The notes beneath the pieces are model-generated. The model was not told the origin of the DNA and did not search any database. It saw nothing but the letters and a program-made list of their open reading frames with translations. Position numbers and translations under genes: made by a program. This document shows positions 1 through 9,630 of a stretch of 64,000 nt of DNA, piece after piece (position 1 is the first letter of the stretch; every line of letters starts with the position of its first letter). Origin of the DNA: a virus (lineage: Duplodnaviria; Caudoviricetes); the IMG/VR virus record IMGVR_UViG_3300028805_000091, positions 1 through 64,000 of that record. One strand, given 5' to 3'.

Positions 1-234
1 GTAGTTAAATGCACATCAGATCATAGATTTTTAACAAGAAAAAATAAATGGAAAAGTATAGACACAGGATTAAAATCTAATGAATCTATGATGCCTTATT
101 ATTCAAAAATTAGTGATAAAGGATATAATCATAAAATAATTTCTATAGAATATATAGGCAAGCAACAAGTTTATGATATAACTACGGAAAAAAATCATAA
201 TTTTGCTTTAAATGCAGGTATAATTGCACATAAT
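1..234 (+). mobile_element. Mini-intein (block B through C-terminal splice junction) in terminase
   Basis: Block B TSDHRFLT, block F VYDITTEKNHNF, block G IIAHN followed by +1 Cys (235-237). About 70 aa lie between block B and the terminal Asn, leaving no room for an endonuclease. Confidence 0.9.
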
Positions 235-1851
235 TGCGGAAAGTCAACTATAGCACGTAAAGCTTTTTTATATGTATTATATCGTATTTTATGTTTACGC
301 TATCCACGTGCTGTATTTAATATTGATAGTGATGCTACAATTGCAAACATTATTATTTCTATGACCCTTAAACAAGTATATGAGACTAACTTATTACCGT
401 TTATTAAATTAATGGAAACTATGCCTTGTTTTCAAAAAGTTATGAATATGCGGTCTTTTGAAAACTTTGATTTATCTAATCCTAAATGTCCAATTCCATT
501 TACGGTTGAACGTAGTACTGGTACAATATATTTTCCAGATAACATAATCATAGGTTGTGGTTCTGGAATTACGCATACTATTGGTTTAAATATAGTTAAT
601 AGCTTTTGTGATGAGATCAATGAGAAAGGTGTACAAGAAGCATTAGACTTACTTAATTCAGTAGATAACAGATTTAGCTCTCGCTTTCAGGGAAGTCCAC
701 TTGTATTTCAGTCAGTGGTATCATCTGCTCGTACTGTAAATAGTCCAATAGGGGAGTACATAAAAAGATTACCAAAAAATGATCCATCTATATTAGTATT
801 AAATCCGCGTTTATGGGAAGTTAAAGAAGATCCAGAATTTCTTGGAGATGGTACTACTTTTCCCATACTTGTAGGTAATGGTTCAATTCCATCAAAAATA
901 TTTACAGATCCTGGCGAATTAAAGGCATTAGAAGATGGTAATTATGAACCTCCAGCTGGATGTGAAGTATTAAATGTACCAGCAGTATATCGCAGTAAAT
1001 TTGAATTACAGCTTGAACAATCTATTCAAGATATTGCCGGTATGACTACATCAGATAATAATATGGTATTTAGAGATACTAGTAAATTAGAAGATGAAAA
1101 TTTAATGTCTGAAATAGAATTAGAAGTTAATATTAAAGATAATGTTAGAATTTTAGACTTATTAAATCAATATAATTTATGGACACAAGATATTAACGGA
1201 AAATATTTATTTAAACGTGCACCAAATGCATTAAGATTTTGTCATGTTGACTTAGCTGGATCTGGTTCAGATGGTCAATGTGATGCTGCAGTATGTATAG
1301 GGCATAAAGAATGGCAACAGAATAATGAAACTTTACAAAAAGAAGATGTTTATATAATAGATTTATTATTATTTATTACAGCTAAAAATAAAGTAGATAT
1401 TCATGCTATTCAACAATTTTTAATAGATTTGGTTACTGAGCGTGATATGATTATAGATACAGTTACATCAGATCAATGGAATGGCTTAGTATTTTTACAA
1501 GGTCTTGAAATGTCCGGCTGTTTTAGAGAAGTAAAACAATTATCTGTTGATGCTAAACCAGAACCTTATAGAAATGCTGCTATTTTAATTGAAAAAGGCC
1601 TTGTTAAAATAGGTAATTGTCCAAAATTAAGACGTGAATTAGAGGCATTAACTTATGTAAAGGGTAAAGTAACACGTACAGTAGAATTAAAAGACGGAGC
1701 AGATGTTTTATGTGGATTTTTATATGATGCTCAACTTAACTATATCGATATACCTCGATATGAGTATACAAAAAAAGCCAGTACAGCTATAAAAGATATA
1801 ACATATACTGACTTATTAGATGAAAAAGAAAGTCTTTATAATTTATTCTAA
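1..1851 (+). CDS. terL: Terminase large subunit (5'-partial, intein-containing)
   Basis: Frame 1 is open from base 1. After the intein: Walker A CGKST, Walker B VNSFCDE, and RNase H-like nuclease motifs CHVDLAG, SDQWNG and KDGAD. Confidence 0.85.
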   Translation, partial: VVKCTSDHRFLTRKNKWKSIDTGLKSNESMMPYYSKISDKGYNHKIISIEYIGKQQVYDITTEKNHNFALNAGIIAHNCGKSTIARKAFLYVLYRILCLRYPRAVFNIDSDATIANIIISMTLKQVYETNLLPFIKLMETMPCFQKVMNMRSFENFDLSNPKCPIPFTVERSTGTIYFPDNIIIGCGSGITHTIGLNIVNSFCDEINEKGVQEALDLLNSVDNRFSSRFQGSPLVFQSVVSSARTVNSPIGEYIKRLPKNDPSILVLNPRLWEVKEDPEFLGDGTTFPILVGNGSIPSKIFTDPGELKALEDGNYEPPAGCEVLNVPAVYRSKFELQLEQSIQDIAGMTTSDNNMVFRDTSKLEDENLMSEIELEVNIKDNVRILDLLNQYNLWTQDINGKYLFKRAPNALRFCHVDLAGSGSDGQCDAAVCIGHKEWQQNNETLQKEDVYIIDLLLFITAKNKVDIHAIQQFLIDLVTERDMIIDTVTSDQWNGLVFLQGLEMSGCFREVKQLSVDAKPEPYRNAAILIEKGLVKIGNCPKLRRELEALTYVKGKVTRTVELKDGADVLCGFLYDAQLNYIDIPRYEYTKKASTAIKDITYTDLLDEKESLYNLF

Positions 1852-2052
1852 ATTTGTTGGCTCTGGTAAATCTAAAATAACAACATCATTATTATGATCA
1901 TATACCAAATGTGCTGATGGCTCAAGTACATAAAAGTTTTTCTTTTCTTGTATACATAAGCGTCTAGCTTCTTTAATAGCTTCATCTTTACTATTATGTC
2001 TTTTTAATGGCTTTTCTTGAGCTCTATTATATACGTAATAATATTGCTTCAT
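1843..2052 (-). CDS. Hypothetical protein
   Basis: 69-aa ORF continuing the minus-strand operon after clpP. Confidence 0.6.
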   Translation of the reverse strand: MKQYYYVYNRAQEKPLKRHNSKDEAIKEARRLCIQEKKNFYVLEPSAHLVYDHNNDVVILDLPEPTNLE

Positions 2053-2066
2053 ACTACATACTCCTT

Positions 2067-2654
2067 TTACTCATGAATCTTAATTATTTCATCTACAATA
2101 CCATATTTTACAGCCTGTTCTGCAGACATCCAAAAATCACGTTCACAATCTTTTTTAACTTCCTCTACATCTTTATTAGATGCTTCTGCAATCATATTCA
2201 TTAGCATATCCTGTATGCGTGTTACTTCTTCTAAAGTAATTTTCATATCATGAACATTTGCTTTCATACCACTTGATACAGAATGTAACATATAGCGTGC
2301 ATGAGGCATCATTTTACGTTTACCTTTTGTACCAGATAAAGCAATCATAGCATCCATAGAGGCAACTTCACCAGATACAATTGTTGATACTGGACAAGCC
2401 ACCATATTCATAGTATCAATTATACTTAATCCAGCCGTTACACTTCCGCCTGGTCCTGACACAATTAAAGTAATCGGTTTATCTTTATCTTCAGCTTCAA
2501 GATATAAAAGTTGAGCCGTAACAGATTCAGCCAATTCATCATCTACTTCACCTTGACATAAAATAATACGATCTGATAAAAGTCTTGTTGTAATATCTAC
2601 AGCTCGTTCATTACCTAACTTATCTTTCCATATAACATGAGGTACACTTAACAT
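2067..2654 (-). CDS. clpP: ATP-dependent Clp protease proteolytic subunit
   Basis: RLLSDRII, SGPGGSV, catalytic Ser (VASM), His (MLHS) and Asp (ERDFWMSAEQAVKYGIVD). Confidence 0.95.
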   Translation of the reverse strand: MLSVPHVIWKDKLGNERAVDITTRLLSDRIILCQGEVDDELAESVTAQLLYLEAEDKDKPITLIVSGPGGSVTAGLSIIDTMNMVACPVSTIVSGEVASMDAMIALSGTKGKRKMMPHARYMLHSVSSGMKANVHDMKITLEEVTRIQDMLMNMIAEASNKDVEEVKKDCERDFWMSAEQAVKYGIVDEIIKIHE

Positions 2655-2703
2655 TAATTATTTCCTTTCTTTTAATTAACTATAAAACATATATAGCATA
2701 ATT

Positions 2704-3717
2704 TTATTTATTTGTAAAGCAATTTTTATGTTGTATAACATAATTAAATATTTTTTTAGGACAAGCACAACCAGTTTCATCCCATAAATGTAAACAACAA
2801 TCACCTTTACAATACTTAAATAAATTACAAGTATTACACTTTTCATTTATCTTTTTTTCTTTATCTATCCAATATTGATAATTATTATTCATATAAGTAT
2901 TTGTTTTTAAATCATAAAATGGTTTACTTTGTGTAAATGGGCATTGCGAAATTAAACCATCAGGACCAAAAGTTAATCTAGAGGTTTGACAATTTCTACA
3001 AAAATCCTCATATTCTTCACCTTTTATTATTAAATCTTCTATACCTTTAAAGAAATAAATAATAAAATCTGAATTACTACTTTGATACAGCTTATATAAT
3101 AAATAAACTCCATATAGCCATTCATCTTCATCTCTATTTATAGCTTTAACTATATTCCAAGTGTTATTATTACTTACAGAAGGTGCAATAGTCATTAAAT
3201 CATAAGAATTACAATTCAAAGTTAACATATTTTCAAAAAATATTTTAGGATCAATTTTTACAATATCTTTTGTAACTGAAATTACACAATTAATTAAAAC
3301 ACCTTCTTTTTTTAGTAATTTAACATTTTCTTTCCATAATTTTTTTTGCTGTTGTGTTTTAAATCGTATATTTGGATCATAAGAAACTGTTATCTCTTTA
3401 AATTTTTTAAATAAAAATAAATGTTCTGATGTTATTTTATATACTAAATTAGTACTTATTTCATAATTAACTTTTACTTTTATTAATTCATTTAATTTTT
3501 CCATAAAAGATATAATAATATTTGGATTTAATAATCCAATTTCGCCACCAAGAAAAATAACACTATGATCTTCGTTTGTATGAGTATTAATAACATTAGC
3601 TAAATAATTTAAAGTCAAATCTGTTATTTCATCTGACATATCTAAATTTCTTTTTAATGCAAAACAATGTGTACAATTTAAATTACACCTTTCTGTCATA
3701 TTTATATTAAATATCAT
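2704..3717 (-). CDS. Radical SAM protein with SPASM domain
   Basis: CNLNCTHC (CxxxCxxC), FLGGE, C-terminal CxxC...CP...CxxCxxxxxCxGxC. Start moved to MIFNIN so it does not overlap the upstream gene. Confidence 0.9.
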   Translation of the reverse strand: MIFNINMTERCNLNCTHCFALKRNLDMSDEITDLTLNYLANVINTHTNEDHSVIFLGGEIGLLNPNIIISFMEKLNELIKVKVNYEISTNLVYKITSEHLFLFKKFKEITVSYDPNIRFKTQQQKKLWKENVKLLKKEGVLINCVISVTKDIVKIDPKIFFENMLTLNCNSYDLMTIAPSVSNNNTWNIVKAINRDEDEWLYGVYLLYKLYQSSNSDFIIYFFKGIEDLIIKGEEYEDFCRNCQTSRLTFGPDGLISQCPFTQSKPFYDLKTNTYMNNNYQYWIDKEKKINEKCNTCNLFKYCKGDCCLHLWDETGCACPKKIFNYVIQHKNCFTNK

Positions 3718-3718
3718 T

Positions 3719-4417
3719 TTAATACTCCATAGCAATTAAAGCAAGAGCATTTGTTTTTAATTCAACTTTATCAGCATTTTGTTCCATAATTTTAAATTCT
3801 TCTTCTGTAAATTTATCTCTATCAAAAGTTCGTGCTATTCCATGAGTTTTTAGACATAATAAACTAGTATAAGCATCAAATTTCCGTTTAGCTACAATAT
3901 GATAACCATTCTTTGTTTCAAGAATATGATCAAGATACTCACCACATAATTTTTTTATGACATTTACTACATTATAATCTTTTGTATCTATATCAAATAA
4001 CCACTTTCTAGTATCTTTATCTGAAGATTCATCTTTCATAATATTACTTTGAAGTAAATTATTAAGCATTTTTGGTGAATATTCTGTTTTATTTGTTCCA
4101 ATTGCACAATCTAATTGCTTATTTATATCATTACGTATTGATAACATAGATTTAACATAAGACTTTCGATCTGTACACATATAAAGTCTACATTTATGTA
4201 ATTTAATAACTTCAAGCATTTCAGGAATATAATATCCATAAAAATCACGAAGATCCTTAACAATCCAAGTTTTTATTACTTGACTTTCTTTTATTTGTAA
4301 TTCTGGATGATCTTTTTTGCGTTTAATTGCAATAAAGTAATAAAAAGATTTATTTGGATTAAATTGCATAAGTCTTGTAATGTTTGTATTATGTATTGTA
4401 GTCATGTTATCCCTCAA
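3719..4417 (-). CDS. Hypothetical protein with AEP (primase-polymerase)-like motifs
   Basis: hhhDxD (WLFDID) followed by TxNGxH (ETKNGYH). Confidence 0.4.
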   Translation of the reverse strand: MRDNMTTIHNTNITRLMQFNPNKSFYYFIAIKRKKDHPELQIKESQVIKTWIVKDLRDFYGYYIPEMLEVIKLHKCRLYMCTDRKSYVKSMLSIRNDINKQLDCAIGTNKTEYSPKMLNNLLQSNIMKDESSDKDTRKWLFDIDTKDYNVVNVIKKLCGEYLDHILETKNGYHIVAKRKFDAYTSLLCLKTHGIARTFDRDKFTEEEFKIMEQNADKVELKTNALALIAMEY

Positions 4418-4432
4418 TATTATTATTTATTT

Positions 4433-4461
4433 ATAATAAAATCAATATTATAAAAAGTAAA
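4433..4461 (-). promoter_or_regulatory. sigma70-like promoter
   Basis: TTTACT-17 nt-TATTAT upstream of 3719..4417. Confidence 0.5.
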
Positions 4462-4466
4462 GCCAT

Positions 4467-4502
4467 TAAAAAATGAGATAACCTTTTACAGCTATCTCAT
4501 TT
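4467..4502 (-). terminator. Rho-independent terminator after glyA
   Basis: AAATGAGATA/TATCTCATTT inverted repeat followed by a U-tract on the minus strand. Confidence 0.7.
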
Positions 4503-4526
4503 CTCCTTCACATGGAACTGACTATA

Positions 4527-6038
4527 TTAAGCTAAATCATCTGGAGTAGTCGGATTATTATCTTGTAAAAGTCTCTTCATAGGTTTTGTTTGATAAAAAG
4601 GACCTACTTTTTCTAGCATTTTTTTGACCATAGAACGTATACTTTCGCTTTCAAAGTCAACTACATCATTTTGTTCAACTTGCTTACTACGGAGCAAAAT
4701 ACGAGCTATTAAACGACCTAATTCAAAAGACATATCTTCATCAAATCCGCGTGTAGTGATTGCAGCTGTTCCAATACGTAATCCTGTACAAGTAGAAGGT
4801 TTATCATCACCCGCAATCATATTTTTGTTAGTGATTATGCCGTATGAAGTCAATCTATCTTCAGCTTCTTTACCATTTATACCAGATTTTTTAAGATCAA
4901 GTAAGACAAGATGATTCTCAGAACCTCCAGATACAAAATCGATTCGATTATCAGTATCATATGACTTTATACCGTTAATAAGTGCTTGCATATTATGATA
5001 TACTTGCTCCATATAATCTTTAAATTCTGGTTTAAGAGCTTCAATAAAACATTGGGCTTTTGCTGCTACTAACGCTTCATTTGGGCCACCTTGAATTTTT
5101 GGAAAGCATCCACTATTAATCTTACTACAAAGTTTTTCATCATTCCAAAGGATAATACCTCCTCGAGGACCTCTAAGTGTTTTATGAGTAGTAGAAGTAA
5201 TAACATCACACCATTTGGTTGGATCATATTTATCTTTCCACATATGAGCTGCAATAAACCCCATTACGTGAGCTGAATCAGACATAATTATACATTTATG
5301 CGTATCATAAATATCTTGCTTTGTCATACCTTTTTTAACATTAAAACCAGGGCAAAAAGGCGTATCGGCTGAAACATAATTGTCTGCTGCATAAAATGTA
5401 TATTCGTCTTTCATTACAAAATCATCTGAAAATTTACGATCAACATGATATTTCCAAACCTTTTCATTATATTCATCAACAATTTCTCTAATTCTTTCAT
5501 AATTAATACGTTTAGAATAAGCTGAAGCTCCAACAACTAGCATTTTTGGATTATATTCATATAATTTCTGTTCGATTTCTTTATAATTCAATTCACCATT
5601 CTCATCAAGACCATAATATATAGGATTATATATATGACCTGTAGATGAAGCCTTGGAAAAGTGAGTCAAATGTCCACCATATTCTATACCCATTCCAAGT
5701 ACTGTATCACCAGGTTTAAGAAGTCCTGCGTACACAGCTTGATTAGCTTGAGAACCAGAATGAGGCTGAACACAAGCAAAATCTACACCAAATAATTCTT
5801 TAGCTTTTTCTATAGCATAATTTTCTACTTTATTAATTACTTCGCAACCAGCATAATGACGTCCTTGTTTAGATACTTCATATGAAAATCCTTCTGCATA
5901 TTTTACAGATAAATGACTTCCTAAAAGATCCAAAATATCTTGACTTGGATAGTTTTCTGAAGCAATTAATTCAATCCCGTCATTAAGGCGATTTGTTTCT
6001 TCTTTTTCTAATTCTTGTAAATAGTTATCAATCATCAC
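4527..6038 (-). CDS. glyA: Serine hydroxymethyltransferase with a 57-aa insertion
   Basis: LIASEN, KYAEG, QPHSGSQAN, GGHLTH, PLP-Lys motif STTHKTLRGPRGG, GLRIGTAAITTRG. Confidence 0.97.
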   Translation of the reverse strand: MMIDNYLQELEKEETNRLNDGIELIASENYPSQDILDLLGSHLSVKYAEGFSYEVSKQGRHYAGCEVINKVENYAIEKAKELFGVDFACVQPHSGSQANQAVYAGLLKPGDTVLGMGIEYGGHLTHFSKASSTGHIYNPIYYGLDENGELNYKEIEQKLYEYNPKMLVVGASAYSKRINYERIREIVDEYNEKVWKYHVDRKFSDDFVMKDEYTFYAADNYVSADTPFCPGFNVKKGMTKQDIYDTHKCIIMSDSAHVMGFIAAHMWKDKYDPTKWCDVITSTTHKTLRGPRGGIILWNDEKLCSKINSGCFPKIQGGPNEALVAAKAQCFIEALKPEFKDYMEQVYHNMQALINGIKSYDTDNRIDFVSGGSENHLVLLDLKKSGINGKEAEDRLTSYGIITNKNMIAGDDKPSTCTGLRIGTAAITTRGFDEDMSFELGRLIARILLRSKQVEQNDVVDFESESIRSMVKKMLEKVGPFYQTKPMKRLLQDNNPTTPDDLA

Positions 6039-6210
6039 TTGTTTCCTTTTCTAAATCAATGTTATCGGTTGTTGTTACTTTTACCGTAATATTAAACATT
6101 TTGAACTTTTCATCATTTTCAACTAACTCTTCAATACGTCTAGCAACAGTATATCTACCTTGTCCTAATGCTCCATCTACAATAATGTTTATATTATATT
6201 TTTTAGTCAT
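6028..6210 (-). CDS. Hypothetical protein
   Basis: ORF in a tightly packed operon. Confidence 0.55.
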   Translation of the reverse strand: MTKKYNINIIVDGALGQGRYTVARRIEELVENDEKFKMFNITVKVTTTDNIDLEKETSDD

Positions 6211-6541
6211 TTAAAACTCCATCTTCTATTAAAGTATTTTTTAATTTATTAAGTTCTTGTTTTAGTTCATCTAGAGTTAAATTTTTATCATTAGTCATAT
6301 TAATTCTACCAAGATGCTTATACCAAGTAATTAGCAAACCAATTTCCGTATCTAAAACATAAAAGTCATCATCATATCTAGTTAAAATAAACTTATAACT
6401 ATTATACCCAGATGTTAATAGGTCAAAAAGTTTATCGTATTGTTCATTTGTAAACACTTTATTAAAAACATTGCAAAAATCTTCTCTTTCAAAATGATAT
6501 TGTTCCATACTATCAAACATTATCAATTCCTTTTCATACAT
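6203..6541 (-). CDS. Hypothetical protein
   Basis: ORF with overlapping start/stop junctions. Confidence 0.65.
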   Translation of the reverse strand: MYEKELIMFDSMEQYHFEREDFCNVFNKVFTNEQYDKLFDLLTSGYNSYKFILTRYDDDFYVLDTEIGLLITWYKHLGRINMTNDKNLTLDELKQELNKLKNTLIEDGVLND

Positions 6542-6792
6542 GTTAAATTATTAGGACAATCTGTACAATAGAATTCTTTATGTTGACAATTTTTATTGAT
6601 TTTTTGTTCCATTTTGCTATTACGATATTCTTTTAATTCTATCATAAAATCATATACTACATTATGCCAATTATTAAAATTTTCTTCTACTTGAGATATT
6701 CTTAAATATCCAACATCTTCCAAAGCTGCTTCTATTCGACAAATCATGCTATAACATTCTTCTATAACGTTATCATCAGTTAATTCAGTCAT
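6523..6792 (-). CDS. Hypothetical protein
   Basis: ORF in operon; C-terminal Cys cluster. Confidence 0.6.
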   Translation of the reverse strand: MTELTDDNVIEECYSMICRIEAALEDVGYLRISQVEENFNNWHNVVYDFMIELKEYRNSKMEQKINKNCQHKEFYCTDCPNNLTCMKRN

Positions 6793-7117
6793 TTATATCT
6801 CTTCTTTTATTATCAATTTCATCACATACCACTTCAAAGTTTGCTTTTAACTTTCTAGGTTCTGCGTGTACACTAGATTGACATATATATGTTTTTTTAT
6901 CTTTTTGATATTTTCCAAAAACATTTAAAATATTTTGTGTTAATATCCCTACATTATCATCTACACTACTAAAAGAAGGTAATTTTGCTTGTAAATATTC
7001 TTCTGTATATCGACTAATTAAGTGATTTTTAATTAAATTAAAAATTTCATCATATCTAGCTTTATAAGTTTTTTCAAACTCTCTTGATTGTTCTTCATCT
7101 AAAACTTCAAAATTCAT
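6785..7117 (-). CDS. Hypothetical protein
   Basis: ORF in operon with RBS. Confidence 0.65.
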   Translation of the reverse strand: MNFEVLDEEQSREFEKTYKARYDEIFNLIKNHLISRYTEEYLQAKLPSFSSVDDNVGILTQNILNVFGKYQKDKKTYICQSSVHAEPRKLKANFEVVCDEIDNKRRDIND

Positions 7118-7141
7118 TGTTTTCTTCCTTTTCTATTTTTT

Positions 7142-7639
7142 TTAGTTAAATAAATAAAAATCCATAATTTTAACTTCTGCTTTAATTTTTAATTGCTTTT
7201 GAATTTTATTAATCATAGAAATAATCTCTTTATCATTTTGATAACCGGGTACACTGATTATTTCAACATATTTATAAGAAGCCTTTTTTAGAAATGGAAA
7301 AAACAATTTACTAATATTCTTTTCAGTAAAAGTTGATTCATTTTCTTTTCCAAGCCCGTAGAAATAATTTGAACCTGATTTACCAAATCTCATACAAACT
7401 TCTGTTTCATTCAATGCCGTGTTACATCTTTTAATATAAATTTCAACACCATCTAGTTTATTAAATGGAGTTAGAGTTGCCCACTCAAATCTACTTGGTT
7501 TCAAAGCCTTTATTAATTCACATCTATCTGACGAATTTAAATTTTTACAACATTCAATTAATAAATTCAAATAATTATTATTTTCTGTCATATTTGTTTC
7601 TTTTAATTCCAATTCTTGTAATTTTGAATCAATCATCAT
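7142..7639 (-). CDS. Hypothetical protein
   Basis: 165-aa ORF in operon. Confidence 0.65.
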   Translation of the reverse strand: MMIDSKLQELELKETNMTENNNYLNLLIECCKNLNSSDRCELIKALKPSRFEWATLTPFNKLDGVEIYIKRCNTALNETEVCMRFGKSGSNYFYGLGKENESTFTEKNISKLFFPFLKKASYKYVEIISVPGYQNDKEIISMINKIQKQLKIKAEVKIMDFYLFN

Positions 7640-7653
7640 TTATTTTCCTTTCA

Positions 7654-8373
7654 TTATAAAGCAAAAAATTCCCACTTCTTCTTTTTGCAATGCTCTAACG
7701 CACTGTTATGTAAATCACAAGAAGAACAACTATTACATGGTTTTTTATCAACACAACCTGGAGATTGACAATATGAACAATATTTTAACACTTTATGCTC
7801 ACGTAAATACCACAAAATATATTTCTTTTCAATCCATTCGAATGGCAAATATAAACTAGCATTAGCGTTACTCATTGAGTTTATGGTCTCAAAAAGATTA
7901 TTAAATTTATCCATAAAATGCCATATATCATCATTTTTTATATATCCAAATGAGATTAAACGATTATTACCTCTGATTAAATTAGCCATCATACTTAAAA
8001 ATAATTGTGGCTGACTAATACCTCCTCCATTACAATAATCATTATAATCACAGTTTTCCTTAATTTCAAATATAATATGATTAACGGACATTTTTCGTTT
8101 TTTGAATATTTTAAGTAATTGTTTTTGAGCAATTATATCAACAGAATAGCTTCCAAATCTGTCATAGTGTATAGAAACAAGATTAATAGTTTTATGAAAC
8201 TTTTCCCATAAATATAATACTAAAGCTGTTGAATCACATCCACCACTCCATAAAACAAAAATGTCTGAAATATTTTCTGGTATTTTTATATGATTACCAT
8301 ATTGATCATTTACCCAATTAAAAAACTCTGAGCCAATTATATCTTCTTTTGTATCCATGACTTTCCTATTCAA
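7654..8373 (-). CDS. QueC-like (7-cyano-7-deazaguanine synthase family) PP-loop ATPase
   Basis: N-terminal VLWSGGCDST PP-loop; C-terminal Zn-binding CSYC...PCNSCSSC. Confidence 0.7.
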   Translation of the reverse strand: MNRKVMDTKEDIIGSEFFNWVNDQYGNHIKIPENISDIFVLWSGGCDSTALVLYLWEKFHKTINLVSIHYDRFGSYSVDIIAQKQLLKIFKKRKMSVNHIIFEIKENCDYNDYCNGGGISQPQLFLSMMANLIRGNNRLISFGYIKNDDIWHFMDKFNNLFETINSMSNANASLYLPFEWIEKKYILWYLREHKVLKYCSYCQSPGCVDKKPCNSCSSCDLHNSALEHCKKKKWEFFAL

Positions 8374-8674
8374 TGTGAATTTTTTCTTTTATAAGTTTAT
8401 TACAATCATCAAGTAAATTACAATTATGACATATAAACTTTGATTCATATTTCGGTTTTTTATGGTTTTGAAACACATCTAGAAAATTTGATATTGTTGA
8501 TAAATACCCTAAATTAGTACTATAGCATCTTGGGCATCTATACAAAAAATCTTTTCCCCATATTTCTTTTTTATGTAAACGTTTATATAGATACAGAAAG
8601 ATATATGGAGTTACTGATACAAATAATCCAATCAACAATAGCCATATAAACGTATTCAAATCCATATTATTCAT
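8366..8674 (-). CDS. Membrane-anchored Zn-ribbon protein
   Basis: N-terminal hydrophobic helix, CPRC...CHNC. Confidence 0.6.
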   Translation of the reverse strand: MNNMDLNTFIWLLLIGLFVSVTPYIFLYLYKRLHKKEIWGKDFLYRCPRCYSTNLGYLSTISNFLDVFQNHKKPKYESKFICHNCNLLDDCNKLIKEKIHIE

Positions 8675-8891
8675 CCATATATCTTAAACGATCGTAATCA
8701 ATCCATTTACCATTTTCTTGTTTAACCATACAACCTTGAATTGGTCCATATGACCAATCTAATTCCTGCATAACGGCTTTTGTTCTACATTTATATGTGT
8801 TAAATCCTATAGTAAAAGTAGAAAATATTACTAAGCCTACTACTATAAGAATTGTGATTATCCATTCATCGTTATTCATCTTTTTCTCCAT
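8667..8891 (-). CDS. Small membrane protein
   Basis: One TM helix; ORF in operon. Confidence 0.6.
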   Translation of the reverse strand: MEKKMNNDEWIITILIVVGLVIFSTFTIGFNTYKCRTKAVMQELDWSYGPIQGCMVKQENGKWIDYDRLRYMDE

Positions 8892-9381
8892 TTTTTACGT
8901 ATTCGACTGTAATTATTCTAGAATTTTGTTTTGATTCTTTAAAAACATAATTTTCATCACCACCAAATCTTTTACCAAGTGTTCTGGCAACTTCTTGATA
9001 ATTTTTACCATGTATTTGTCCATTACAATAACCCATATCTTCATCCCATAAACAATACCAATTTTCTGGAATTCGTTCATCAGTAATTGCGATAAATGGA
9101 TATTTTTTATCTACTTGAAACATAGTAATTTCAACTTCATTATCTAAAAGAAATCTACTTATCGCCCCTCTAAAATTTTCATCATTAAAGTTACATACAC
9201 TGAATCCATATTCAGTTCCTTCTTCAGACATAGATTTATTTAAGTTTGGAATTTGATATTCTTTTTCTACGCTCATTGTAAAATAATTACCATATGACAA
9301 AGGGTAATCTTCACCAATGATTCCAACCAAAGAATGTACAGCAATTTCAGCAGGAACTTTTATTTTATGTGTTTTAATCAT
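8872..9381 (-). CDS. Hypothetical protein
   Basis: 169-aa ORF in operon. Confidence 0.7.
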   Translation of the reverse strand: MIKTHKIKVPAEIAVHSLVGIIGEDYPLSYGNYFTMSVEKEYQIPNLNKSMSEEGTEYGFSVCNFNDENFRGAISRFLLDNEVEITMFQVDKKYPFIAITDERIPENWYCLWDEDMGYCNGQIHGKNYQEVARTLGKRFGGDENYVFKESKQNSRIITVEYVKNGEKDE

Positions 9382-9384
9382 TTT

Positions 9385-9627
9385 TCATTCTCCTTTACTT
9401 CTATACCAATCTTCAGGTTTTGTTACAACTTCCCAATCGTCTGCAATGATGTCTTTACAATTTAAAGTTTCAATTTCTTTATATGGGTATCTATCGTAAA
9501 ATTCATCATTTCTAAAATAAATCATTTGTATAATACCCGATTTAATAGTTATAACATATCGCATATAATCTGGTCTTGTTACGGCTTTACCTTTCCTCAT
9601 CTGTTCCAATGCTTCTTCAAATTTCAT
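9385..9627 (-). CDS. DUF2829/Tad2-like protein
   Basis: MKFEEALEQMRKGKAVTR at the N-terminus and DIIADDWEVV at the C-terminus match the family pattern. Confidence 0.6.
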   Translation of the reverse strand: MKFEEALEQMRKGKAVTRPDYMRYVITIKSGIIQMIYFRNDEFYDRYPYKEIETLNCKDIIADDWEVVTKPEDWYRSKGE

Positions 9628-9630
9628 TCT

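Noticed and set aside
5298-5468. GlyA insertion as an intein or intron
   Set aside because: The insert is in frame and only 57 aa, with no C/S start, TxxH or HN end, and no group I/II intron motifs.
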